A DNA stretch of 64,000 nucleotides from Polyangiales bacterium (GTDB lineage: Bacteria; Myxococcota_A; Polyangia; Polyangiales; Houyiibacteriaceae): assembly GCA_049670545.1 (NCBI GenBank), contig JBATTM010000416.1, positions 1,264 through 65,263 of the forward strand, written 5' to 3'. Both the position numbers and the translations under genes were made by a program. Shown in pieces: positions 26,414-35,441 of the stretch (the first letter of the stretch is position 1; each line of letters starts with the position of its first letter). Under the pieces are notes generated by a model. It did no database searches. It saw only the letters and a program-made list of their open reading frames with translations, and was not told the origin of the DNA.

Positions 26414-27273
26414 CTTCTCCACCCCTCATGATCGCCGTCGTTCAGTGCCCACTCGACGCGGGGCGAGCCGAGAACGTCGCGCGAATCGAGCACTGGATCC
26501 GTGACGCGGCCGCGAAGGACGCGAGCGTGATCCTGACCCCGGAGCTGTTCGAGGGGCCGTACTTTCCGCAAACCATGGACGAGGCCGAGCGGGGGCGAGC
26601 CACCCGACTCGAGGGGCACCCCACACTCGCAAGAATGAGTGCTCTCGCGCGGGAGTTGTCGGTCACCCTCCCGATCTCCGTGTACGAAGAGGCAGACGAC
26701 GGACGCTACAACAGCCTGGTCGTGATCGACGCGGATGGCAGCGACCTCGGGATCTACAGGAAGGCCCACATCCCGGACGGCCCGGGGTATGAGGAGAAAT
26801 TCTACTTTTCGCCTGGAAACACGGGCTTTCGAACGTGGCAGACGGCCTCCGGCTGCCTCGGTGTCGGGGTTTGTTGGGATCAGTGGTTTCCAGAGTCTGC
26901 CCGCGCGATGAGACTTCTCGGCGCGGACATCCTGCTCTACCCAACTGCGATTGGGACCGAACCGGCAACTCCCGGAGAGGACAGCCGAGAACCGTGGCGC
27001 CGGGTCATGATCGGCCACGCCGTGGCGAACGCCACACCCCTCGCGGCGGCCAATCGGGTGGGCTTCGAGGGAGACCTCCAATTCTACGGAAGTTCTTTCA
27101 TCTGCGACCATCGGGGAGAGCTCCTCGCCGACATGGGGCGCAACGACGAGGGAGTTGCCATCGCCGAGATCGATCGTGACGCCATCGCGCGCTATCGACG
27201 CAACTGGGATTTCCTGTCGGACCGCCGTCCCAAACTCTACCGCGGATTGGTCGATGATGACGCCGTGGAGTGA
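26410..27273 (+). CDS. aguB: N-carbamoylputrescine amidase (CN-hydrolase family)
   Basis: ATG 26410 overlaps the aguA stop (ATGA). The Glu-Lys-Cys triad contexts are present (TPELFEGPYF, YRKAHIPDGPGYEEKFYF, VGVCWDQWFPE). Confidence 0.85.
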   Translation: MTSPPLMIAVVQCPLDAGRAENVARIEHWIRDAAAKDASVILTPELFEGPYFPQTMDEAERGRATRLEGHPTLARMSALARELSVTLPISVYEEADDGRYNSLVVIDADGSDLGIYRKAHIPDGPGYEEKFYFSPGNTGFRTWQTASGCLGVGVCWDQWFPESARAMRLLGADILLYPTAIGTEPATPGEDSREPWRRVMIGHAVANATPLAAANRVGFEGDLQFYGSSFICDHRGELLADMGRNDEGVAIAEIDRDAIARYRRNWDFLSDRRPKLYRGLVDDDAVE

Positions 27274-27856
27274 GCATCTATACGCCATCGTCGATGCCGA
27301 GTTGGCAAGCGACCCGATTGCGCTGGCGGAGCGCGCGCTATCGCACGGCTGCGTCGCGTTGCAGCTCCGCGCCAAACGTCTTCACGACGACGCGGCGCTC
27401 GAACTCGCTGCAACGATCGCGCGCGCGTGCAAGCGCCACCGCGTCCCCTTCATCGTCAACGACCGTCCGGATATCGCGGTCTTGGTCGATGCCGACGGGG
27501 TTCACCTGGGACAAGACGACATGCCGATCGCCGATGCCCGCAGAGTCTTGGGATCGCGCGACATCGGCATCTCGACGCATCGTCTCGCAGAGGCTCTCGA
27601 AGCCGACCGCGCAGGCGCCGATCGCATCGCGTTCGGTCCCGTTTTCGAGACGTCGAGCAAGGCGAATCCGGACCCTGTGGTCGGGCTCGATCAGCTTCGC
27701 GAGGTCTGTCGATCGGTATCCCGGCCGGTGGTCGCAATTGGCGGAATTCGCGGCGAAAACGTCGGATCGGTGCTCGCCGCGGGAGCCAAGGAGTTCGCGG
27801 TGATCTCGGCGCTGCCGGCGTTTCTAGAGGCGCTTGACGGGGTGCGCGATCAGTAG
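27254..27856 (+). CDS. thiE: Thiamine-phosphate synthase
   Basis: LYAIVD...GCVALQLRAK...VPFIVNDRPDIAVLVDADGVHLGQDD...FGPVFETSSK...VVAIGGI. The start (ATGATG at 27254/27257) overlaps the aguB end by about 20 nt. Confidence 0.85.
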   Translation: MMTPWSEHLYAIVDAELASDPIALAERALSHGCVALQLRAKRLHDDAALELAATIARACKRHRVPFIVNDRPDIAVLVDADGVHLGQDDMPIADARRVLGSRDIGISTHRLAEALEADRAGADRIAFGPVFETSSKANPDPVVGLDQLREVCRSVSRPVVAIGGIRGENVGSVLAAGAKEFAVISALPAFLEALDGVRDQ

Positions 27857-28614
27857 CTCTGGTTCGCCTCTTCGAAGTACTGGATCGCCGTCTCGATCGC
27901 GGCGCCGAGGGCCTGATTGATCAAGTTGGAGGTCGCGTCTTCCCCACTTCGAAGCGCTTCGTAGTAGCGCTGCCGCTCGGTTGCATGAATCACCACAGGC
28001 GGGAACCCCGCGCGCATCAAGATGAGATTCATGACGAGCCGCGCGACCTTTCCACTGTGTCGCGGGAACGGGTAGATCTGGAGCAACTGGTGATGGGTCT
28101 TGCTGGCCATCCGGACCGGATGCATGGACTTCTTCGTCTCGGGCTCCCCGAGCCATTGGACGAGCTGGCGCATGCGGTAGCTGATCTTGTCCGGCTGGGC
28201 GATCTCGTGAAAGTAGAGACGGTGCAGCGGCATGTCCTTGCGGTACTTGGGTGGACCCTTGCCCTCGAGCTCTTCGGGAGCGAGCTGTGCGAAGAGCTTC
28301 TTCATCACGTCGAGGTTGACCGTGAACCGCCGACGCGTAGACATCTCCCGGATGATCTCGATCGCGCCCATGTGGTTGCGAATCTCGTCATAGACGGGGA
28401 TCATCGACGCGTCCGCCGCCACGTCGTCCTCGAAGGCCCCGCGAAGCTCGTCCATCGAGTAGACGACTCCTTCGAGCGCGCTGTCGTGGTAGATCCACGC
28501 GAGGTCGAACCGCGATTGATACTCCTGGCGCACGTCTTCGCCGGCCGCATCCATCAGTTCTTGCAGATGTGCAACCCGCTCTTCTAAGTTGGGACCTTGA
28601 AGCGCCTGGACCAA
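27850..28614 (-). CDS. Fic/Fido-fold protein with degenerate active-site motif
   Basis: 254 aa. The region IYPFPRHSGKVARLVMNLILMRAGFPP aligns to the Fic motif HPFx[DE]GNGRxxR, but His is replaced by Tyr and GNGR by HSGK. The N-terminal DSALEG resembles an off-register inhibitory helix motif. Confidence 0.6.
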   Translation of the reverse strand: MVQALQGPNLEERVAHLQELMDAAGEDVRQEYQSRFDLAWIYHDSALEGVVYSMDELRGAFEDDVAADASMIPVYDEIRNHMGAIEIIREMSTRRRFTVNLDVMKKLFAQLAPEELEGKGPPKYRKDMPLHRLYFHEIAQPDKISYRMRQLVQWLGEPETKKSMHPVRMASKTHHQLLQIYPFPRHSGKVARLVMNLILMRAGFPPVVIHATERQRYYEALRSGEDATSNLINQALGAAIETAIQYFEEANQSY

Positions 28615-28711
28615 GGAAATTCCTCCACCCCGGGCGAGCCACCGTTCTCCGGCCCACGCGGCCGGCGAAACTACCAGTGGGGCCCAAAGCAGTCAACCAC
28701 GCGAAATTCGA

Positions 28712-29257
28712 CTAGTTCATGGCCTCGGAAATCGCGTCCCGGAGGTCGGATTTGCTGGGAACCCCGCTCTTGGCCCATCGGACCATGCCATCGGGGCCGA
28801 TGACCACCACGGTGGGCAGCATCTTCACGTCGTAGCTCCGCTGCGCGGACCCGCCGCGATCGTGGAGGGTCGGAAACGCGGTCCCGAAAGCAAGGTGCGC
28901 CGCCTGAAGGCGCTGCCGGTCGATCGCCTCGACGTTGATCGCGTAGAACATGACGCCCTCGGGCGCGAACTTCTCGTAGAGAGCGTTCAGAATCGGAGAG
29001 GTCCGTCGGCAGGCGGTACACCAACTCGCCCAAAAATCGAGAACCACGACGCCCCCCTGAAGCGCCGAAAGCTGCACCTGGGCAGGGCTGTCGACATCGC
29101 CGCCGGCGGCCACCGGCAATGTGATGTCCGGCGCCTCGTCGCCGACGAGCGGGAGTTCCGCAGCACGTGTGGCGAGCGTGTACACGACGAACACGATCGC
29201 CCCGATGGCAATCCACTGAAGCCAAGGATTGCGTCTCGGTTCGGGTGGCGAGCTCAT
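28712..29257 (-). CDS. Membrane-anchored thioredoxin-like thiol:disulfide oxidoreductase (TlpA/ResA family)
   Basis: N-terminal TM helix WLQWIAIGAIVFVVYTLA, then VVVLDFWASWCTACRRTSP (CxxC). The start overlaps the kinase stop (ATGA). Confidence 0.85.
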   Translation of the reverse strand: MSSPPEPRRNPWLQWIAIGAIVFVVYTLATRAAELPLVGDEAPDITLPVAAGGDVDSPAQVQLSALQGGVVVLDFWASWCTACRRTSPILNALYEKFAPEGVMFYAINVEAIDRQRLQAAHLAFGTAFPTLHDRGGSAQRSYDVKMLPTVVVIGPDGMVRWAKSGVPSKSDLRDAISEAMN

Positions 29258-30765
29258 GGCGCGTCCACGAGGGGAAGCTCGATCCGAAAGCGAGCGCCGC
29301 CCTCAGGCGCAGCATCCAGCGTGACTTCGCCACCGTGTTCGAGGACGACCTTCTTGACGATCGGAAGGCCGAGGCCGGTGCCCTCGGTCTTGGTCGTGTA
29401 GTAGGGATCGAATACGCGTTCCCGGTCGTCCGCGGGGATACCCGGGCCATTGTCCCGAATCTCGATGAAGGCGCACCCATCCAAAGGATACGCGCGAACG
29501 AAGACGTGCCCCCCACCCGTGGGATTGATCGCGTACACAGCCTGGATCGCGTTTCGCAAGATGTTGTCGATGCCCCGGCGGAGCATCATGGGGTCCATAC
29601 GCACGTGCATCGGTTTCGTTGCACGATCGACCCGCACTTCGACCGGGGCGGGCCCATCGATCCCGATATCTTCGAGCATTGCGGGCACCGAATCCTCGAT
29701 CGAATGGACGAGATCGCTCAGCTCCGCCTCGGACAGGTCGGCCCGGGGGAGCTTGGCGAATGCGCTGAACTCACCCACGAGTCGACGGAGCGTCGCCACT
29801 TCCTCCTCGATGATCGCGCGCGCATGTTCGAGCTTCTCGCGATACTCCGCATCATCCCCCTCGTAGGTGTCGTCCAACTCCTGGGCCGCAAGCTGAATCG
29901 GCGTGAGAGGGTTCTTGATCTCATGCGCGAGGCGGCGCGCGAAGTCTTGCCAGGCACTGATTCGCTGAAGGTATTCGATACGCGTACGCGAATCACGAAG
30001 GTCTCGGACCATGTCGTTGAACGCCTGCGTGAGCTCGGTCACCTCGTCGTTCGCCACGGTCGGCAACGTGACGGTGAAGTCGCCAGCGCCCACACGACGA
30101 CTTGCCTCCGCAAGCACGGTGACGCGCCGGGTCACGCGACGCGAGGCGACTGCGCCGATCAGGAACGCAACGACGATGACCAAGAACACCAGCACCCCAA
30201 ACACCCATACGTATACGTCCGACACGGATGCGCTTTGCCGCTGGAGACGAGAATAAACCTCGGCAGCCTCGCCGGCCCGCTGCATCCGCTCGAAGTAGGT
30301 CTCGGGGACCGTCACCTCGACTGCCACGCGGTAGAGCCTTCGATGTGCCTGAATCTCGCGAGTCCGTACTGTGGCCCGGACCGCTTCGGGGAGCGTGGCG
30401 GGCTCGCCCGAGGCGACGGCAAGCAGGTCGTCGCGCTGGAATAGCTCGATCGTCCGAACGCCCGGATATCGCTCGATGAGGCCTGCCAACAACGCCTCGA
30501 CGTCGCCGAGAGTCTGGCGTCGCAAGAGCTCGGATTCAACGGCCCACGCGACGGCATCCGCAACCTGTTCCGACCCGTCTCGCAGGGCCATGAGCTGCCC
30601 ACGTCGGGCCTCGACGCCGGCACGGAGCTCCTGGCCGAAGCCTTCGTTCACGCCAACCTGGTACACCTCCCGCAGAGCACCCTGCGCAAAGAAGATGGCG
30701 CCCCCGAGCGTGAGAACGACCGTAAGCCCGATGACGAAGAGAATCTTTCTTTCGAAACGACTCAC
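29254..30765 (-). CDS. NtrY-like sensor histidine kinase (TM-HAMP-HisKA-HATPase)
   Basis: H-box HEIKNPLTPIQLAAQEL, HAMP-like RRVGAGDFTV...VTELTQAFNDMVRDL, and N/G boxes NAIQAV ... DNGPGIP ... GTGLGLPIVKKVV. No response regulator is adjacent. Confidence 0.88.
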   Translation of the reverse strand: MSRFERKILFVIGLTVVLTLGGAIFFAQGALREVYQVGVNEGFGQELRAGVEARRGQLMALRDGSEQVADAVAWAVESELLRRQTLGDVEALLAGLIERYPGVRTIELFQRDDLLAVASGEPATLPEAVRATVRTREIQAHRRLYRVAVEVTVPETYFERMQRAGEAAEVYSRLQRQSASVSDVYVWVFGVLVFLVIVVAFLIGAVASRRVTRRVTVLAEASRRVGAGDFTVTLPTVANDEVTELTQAFNDMVRDLRDSRTRIEYLQRISAWQDFARRLAHEIKNPLTPIQLAAQELDDTYEGDDAEYREKLEHARAIIEEEVATLRRLVGEFSAFAKLPRADLSEAELSDLVHSIEDSVPAMLEDIGIDGPAPVEVRVDRATKPMHVRMDPMMLRRGIDNILRNAIQAVYAINPTGGGHVFVRAYPLDGCAFIEIRDNGPGIPADDRERVFDPYYTTKTEGTGLGLPIVKKVVLEHGGEVTLDAAPEGGARFRIELPLVDAP

Positions 30766-31358
30766 TTCGGGACCTCGATGTTCTTTCCTCGAAACTGAAC
30801 CGTGCGCTCGGCGCGGCAGATTCGCCGACGCACGATACTCACGGTGATCGGGCCAATCGGATCGTCTCCGCCGGAGGGTCCGATCAACTCACGGCACTGC
30901 TTGTCGGAGATGGGATTGAACTCGGCAACGACCGAAAAATAGATCTCCTGCCCCTGATACGGGGAATAGCGGGCGGAGTCGTCGCCCACGAACAACCCTT
31001 GCACCACGAGGCAACGGTTGAGCGCTTCATCGAGGGTCAGGAAGCGCTCGGTTCGATTGGCGATGCGGACGAGGTAGCCCTCCTCCCAGAGGTCTCGCGT
31101 GGCATCACAGCCGAACTGGCGCTCGACGATCGTGCGCCCCGAGCCACTGACTTTCGCAGCCACGGTCACGACGAAACGCTTGCGCAGCGCGCTCTGCAGC
31201 TCCTTGCGCACGCGTTCGTCTGCGAGATCTTTGGCCGAGAAGCTGACGCGCGGGGCGCCCCGGGCCCAGGACACGCCGATCTCGCGCATCGGGGTGCCCT
31301 TTTGGGCAGTTGCGCCAGCCGCGACGACCAGCACCAGTGCTATCGCCCACCGCTTCAC
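30762..31358 (-). CDS. Secreted protein, DUF4390-like
   Basis: Signal MKRWAIALVLVVAAGATAQ. 198 aa. Its position immediately upstream of an NtrY-like kinase matches DUF4390 genes in other proteobacteria. ATGA overlaps at both ends. The family assignment comes from context and a weak motif impression. Confidence 0.45.
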   Translation of the reverse strand: MKRWAIALVLVVAAGATAQKGTPMREIGVSWARGAPRVSFSAKDLADERVRKELQSALRKRFVVTVAAKVSGSGRTIVERQFGCDATRDLWEEGYLVRIANRTERFLTLDEALNRCLVVQGLFVGDDSARYSPYQGQEIYFSVVAEFNPISDKQCRELIGPSGGDDPIGPITVSIVRRRICRAERTVQFRGKNIEVPK

Positions 31359-33097
31359 AGGCGAATGAACCCCAGAATCGTCGAGAAACCGACTTGGAAG
31401 ACCCCGACGCGCGTGTCGAACCGGAATCCAAAGTCGAACGTCAGATCGAGGGGATACCGCGAAAAGCCCGAATACCCGTCGATGCCGAGCCGCGTGTCGC
31501 GGATGTCGGACAAGGAGTACAGGCCGAGAAGCATGTACAGGTTGATCTCGCGCAGCCCGTTGTCCCGGACTCGCTCATAGACCGGGATGTCGTATCCGAT
31601 GTCGAGTCGCCAAGCGAGTTCGCCGAGATAGCTTGCGTCGATCGACGTGTTGAGCAGATTCGGCGCACGTCTTCGGTCCAGTTGCATCTCGAGGAAGCGC
31701 GAAGGGACGAGGTCGGTCAGGTCCGACACGTGAAAGAGATAGAAGAACGGCGTGTTCCCGAACGCGACTCCGCCGAATGCCCCGAATCGAATCGTGTGAT
31801 TCCAGGGGAGTCGCCACCAACGGCGAATCCATACTTCGAGCTGTAGATAGTCGTAGTCACTGCCCAAGAACCGCGTCCCGGCCGATACCGAGCCGCGCAG
31901 CAGAACACCCTCTTTCGTGATGCCTGGATCGTCCCTACGATCGAGAATCAACGCGAAGCGGAGCGTCGAGACGAAGCTGTGCCCGTCCTCGATCGCGAAA
32001 TCGATCGGACTGATCGTATTGCCCCGCGGCTCGCTTGCAGCTTCCGGGCGATTCAAGACACTGACGATGTCGCCGACCCAGTCGAGCGTGTAACGCACCG
32101 TCGAGGTGATGTCCTTGGCGACCCCCACCATGAAGCCACCCCGGCGATACCGAACCACCGCGCTGTCGACGATCGACGTGCCGGGGCAGGTGGGCTGCCC
32201 GCAAGGCACGCTGACCAACGGCTCGTCTCCGTAGAACTCGCGCCCGTTCAGAAAGAACGTGCCAAACCGAACCCCGTACTCGTCCTTGATCAGCTTCGGG
32301 TACCGAAGGTCGAGCCGTCCTCCCTGGTTGAACTGGCTCAGCAGCGCCGTTCCCGAGAGACGAATCCCAAGTCCGGCGAGGTTCGTCTCGGTCAGCTTGA
32401 AGCCTAGCCAGGGCGAGAGCTCCCGACTGCGGTTGGTCTGGAGCACGCCCTCGGAAAGGCCGGCCACCAGCTGCTCGATCACGATCGTGTTCCGCTCCTC
32501 CACGTCCACGATCAGGATCGCGTAGCCGGGTTTGGTTCCGCGCTCGAGCCGGATGTCGACCCAATTGAACCAACCTGTCCCCATCAATCGCCACTCCGTT
32601 GCGAGAAGCTCCGGAGACTCCGGATCGAGGAACTGGCCGGGTTTCAGCGGGAGGAATTTTCGAATCACCTTCGACTTGGTGCGCGTGTTCCCGACGACCT
32701 CGATCCGCTCGAGGATGTATCTCACCTGCGATGAGATCTGTTGTGGGGCCCGTGCATCGCTTGGCGTGCCGTACGGATCCGAGAGCTCGTCGTCGACCGC
32801 AACAGGCGGCGGCCCTGGCACGAGCTCGCCCGGCACGTAGGGCTGGGGGTCGCCGCGTGGCGGTGTCTCGATCTCGTCAGGGGCGCCAGGTTGGTAGGGC
32901 GTGCCTTCAGGCCAGTCAGGCGCGTCGTCCTGCGCGTGCGCCAGGTGTCCGTTGGACGACAGCATCGCCATGAACGCCACCATGGCGAGCATTGCGACGA
33001 TCAGGCATCGAAACCCACGTCTCGGTCGCAAGCGCGCGCCCACGACGGCGAGGTTACTCCAGCGGCGGAAGATCCGCGAGAAGCCAGAGGCACCCAA
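31355..33097 (-). CDS. Omp85/BamA-family outer-membrane protein (single POTRA + beta-barrel)
   Basis: POTRA-like VRYILERIEVVGNTRTKSKVIRKFLPLKPGQFLD, preceded by a Pro-rich linker. The C-terminal ~380 aa have alternating beta-strand patterns. The start may be internal (MLAMVAFMAML, coordinate 32992). Confidence 0.7.
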   Translation of the reverse strand: MGASGFSRIFRRWSNLAVVGARLRPRRGFRCLIVAMLAMVAFMAMLSSNGHLAHAQDDAPDWPEGTPYQPGAPDEIETPPRGDPQPYVPGELVPGPPPVAVDDELSDPYGTPSDARAPQQISSQVRYILERIEVVGNTRTKSKVIRKFLPLKPGQFLDPESPELLATEWRLMGTGWFNWVDIRLERGTKPGYAILIVDVEERNTIVIEQLVAGLSEGVLQTNRSRELSPWLGFKLTETNLAGLGIRLSGTALLSQFNQGGRLDLRYPKLIKDEYGVRFGTFFLNGREFYGDEPLVSVPCGQPTCPGTSIVDSAVVRYRRGGFMVGVAKDITSTVRYTLDWVGDIVSVLNRPEAASEPRGNTISPIDFAIEDGHSFVSTLRFALILDRRDDPGITKEGVLLRGSVSAGTRFLGSDYDYLQLEVWIRRWWRLPWNHTIRFGAFGGVAFGNTPFFYLFHVSDLTDLVPSRFLEMQLDRRRAPNLLNTSIDASYLGELAWRLDIGYDIPVYERVRDNGLREINLYMLLGLYSLSDIRDTRLGIDGYSGFSRYPLDLTFDFGFRFDTRVGVFQVGFSTILGFIRL

Positions 33098-33986
33098 TCA
33101 CCACGAGGAAGACACCACCCACCCAGCCTAGGGTGCGCCAAAACCCAATCGCGCGTCCGTCGTCTTTCGACTTCACAGCAGGCGTTGTAGCAGATTCTCT
33201 CGGCAACGAGGGAGAATAGTCGAGCGAGCTCCAGAGCTCGGGCGGCTCGTCCAGATCGGACATCTCCGGCCGCCTCACGATGCGGATCGTGGCGTCCTCG
33301 TCCCGCTCCATCTGCGGCCGAAGGCCAGAAACCGGGGTGTCGTCGCGCCTTCCCGGCAGGGTTTCGGGCTCGATGCCGGCTTCCCGAAGCGCCTCTTGGT
33401 AGGCCTCGACGGTGGCAACTTCAGTGGGGCTGCTCAAGTGCGCGGGGGTCTTGTCCTTGAGCGCGGGAGGCAAGGTCTCTCGGGGCGGGGGGACCGCGTC
33501 GACGCGAAATGTGCCGTCGGTCCACTCGAGCGCGTCCACGAAATCCGCGGCCGTCCCTCCATCGATGCTGACGTCCTCGAGCTGCCCCTTCTCGTAGTAA
33601 CCAATCGCAAGACGTCCCCGGTGTTCGAGAAGGAGCCGCCCGGTCAATCCAGCGCTCTCGCAGTAGCGCATCAGATCGGCCGGCGGGTGCACGCCAAGCG
33701 AACCGCGGCGGGTGGTATCGGTCCCTCGGGTCACGGGGAGATGGGGAAGCTTCGGGTACACCGCGAACTCGCCGTCCCGAAGAGACAAGAGTGTTTCGAC
33801 GGCGCGCTCCGTATCCTTCGTGGAGTCCGCCTCGGCGATCTGGCCGTGGATGAGTTCGACCGCACCAGAACCTTCGTTGCCTCGGAATGCCAAGACGCCC
33901 GAAGTCCCCATCTCCTCGAGCCCGCCGAGAAGATCCGCGACCCCTTCTTCAGGAATGGCGCCTTCGAAAACCGCTTCCGTAGCCAT
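33054..33986 (-). CDS. Tandem DUF4388-domain protein with C-terminal TM anchor
   Basis: Two DUF4388-like segments (GVLAFRGNEGSGAVELIHGQIAEA ... DGEFAVY; LTGRLLLEHRGRLAIGYYEKGQL ... DGTFRV), a Pro-rich linker, and a terminal helix WVGGVFLVVIGCLWLLA. Confidence 0.55.
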   Translation of the reverse strand: MATEAVFEGAIPEEGVADLLGGLEEMGTSGVLAFRGNEGSGAVELIHGQIAEADSTKDTERAVETLLSLRDGEFAVYPKLPHLPVTRGTDTTRRGSLGVHPPADLMRYCESAGLTGRLLLEHRGRLAIGYYEKGQLEDVSIDGGTAADFVDALEWTDGTFRVDAVPPPRETLPPALKDKTPAHLSSPTEVATVEAYQEALREAGIEPETLPGRRDDTPVSGLRPQMERDEDATIRIVRRPEMSDLDEPPELWSSLDYSPSLPRESATTPAVKSKDDGRAIGFWRTLGWVGGVFLVVIGCLWLLADLPPLE

Positions 33987-34074
33987 GGCCCAAGCAGGTG
34001 ATTGTCTGGGGCCGTGTTGTCAAGCGCCAAGTCTGCCGCGCGCGCACCTCTTCAGCACGAAACAGCCGTAAAAC

Positions 34075-35346
34075 TCAGGGGAAAATCCCTCGTTCCGCAT
34101 ACGATGTCGCCAGACTCTCGAGGGCCAAAGCGTAAGCTGCAATACGGGGATCGGTCTTCTTCTCCGATGCGAAAAACATCGTCCGTTGGTAGGCGCGCCG
34201 AATGATGTGCAGCAACCGGCGTTGCACCTCTTCGGAATCCCAGTGCTCGCTGTTTCGGTTCTGCACCCACTCGTAGTAGCTGACCGTCACGCCACCCGCG
34301 TTGGCGAGCACATCCGGAATGACCGCGATGCCGCGATCCTTCAGCACCGCCTCGCCGGCAGGATTGATCGGACCGTTCGCGCCCTCTGCGACGAGGCGTA
34401 CGGTGAGCGCGGTCGCCTCTTGCGCGCCCACCTGATTCTCGAGCGCGGCGGGAATGAAGAGGTCCGCCTTCGTTTCGAAGAACTCGGTTCGAGAGATGCT
34501 CTCGCCACGTGGGTAGCCCTCAATCGATCCGTGACGGCGCACGTAACCCTGCAACTTGTGGGCGTTGAAACCCTCTTCATTGCGGAGGTATCCGCTGTGA
34601 TCTCCGACCGCAATGGTCGAGACACCCAGCTTGGCGAGCAGCAGCGCCGTGTTCGACCCCACGTTGCCGAACCCCTGGACGATCGCGGTGCAGCCTTCGA
34701 GCTCGAAACGATGGTCCCGCGCCCACTCTTTGATGCAGTGCACGACGCCTTGCCCCGTGGCCTTCTCGCGGCCTTCGGAACCGCCAGCGTTGATCGTCTT
34801 TCCCGTCACCACAGCGCGCTGATCGTTCTTCTCGTAGGTCGGCCCCGTGTTGATGTAGGTATCCATCATCCACACCATCGTCTGTGAGCTGGTCCCGACG
34901 TCTGGGGCCGGGATGTCGTGCGAGGGCCCGATGTTGCTGCCGAGCGCGTGCGTGAATCGTCGGGTGATGCGACGGAGCTCGTCCTCGGAGTGCTCCCGGG
35001 GGTTGAACTTGATTCCGCCCTTTCCGCCCCCGAACGGGACTCCGAGGAGCGCGCACTTCCACGTCATCTGCATGGACAGCGCTTTGAGTTCGTCCAGAGT
35101 GACGTCTTGGTGGTACCGGGTGCCCCCTTTGTACGGACCCATCACATTGTTGTGTTGGACGCGATATCCCTTGAACAAACGGTTCTTCCCGTCGTCCATG
35201 CGAACCGGGAAGTGCACGATGATCTCGTTCTTGGGCTCGGACAGAATCTCCCGGACGTGGTCGGGCAGATCAACGACTCTGGAAGCCTCGTCGAGATACC
35301 CCTGAACGACCTGAAAGAAGGCAAACTCCTCAATCGCGGACGACAT
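34075..35346 (-). CDS. gdhA: NAD(P)-dependent glutamate dehydrogenase
   Basis: KGGTRYHQDVTLDELKALSMQMTWKCALLGVPFGGGKGGI (catalytic Lys region) and Rossmann VQGFGNVGS. Confidence 0.92.
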   Translation of the reverse strand: MSSAIEEFAFFQVVQGYLDEASRVVDLPDHVREILSEPKNEIIVHFPVRMDDGKNRLFKGYRVQHNNVMGPYKGGTRYHQDVTLDELKALSMQMTWKCALLGVPFGGGKGGIKFNPREHSEDELRRITRRFTHALGSNIGPSHDIPAPDVGTSSQTMVWMMDTYINTGPTYEKNDQRAVVTGKTINAGGSEGREKATGQGVVHCIKEWARDHRFELEGCTAIVQGFGNVGSNTALLLAKLGVSTIAVGDHSGYLRNEEGFNAHKLQGYVRRHGSIEGYPRGESISRTEFFETKADLFIPAALENQVGAQEATALTVRLVAEGANGPINPAGEAVLKDRGIAVIPDVLANAGGVTVSYYEWVQNRNSEHWDSEEVQRRLLHIIRRAYQRTMFFASEKKTDPRIAAYALALESLATSYAERGIFP

Positions 35347-35441
35347 GGCGCGGATGCTACACCGCCACGTCAGCCCGGGCCAGATGCAGAATGTGCGATT
35401 TTCACCCCCGCTTCACGCTGTGGCTCTATACCCTGGGCACC

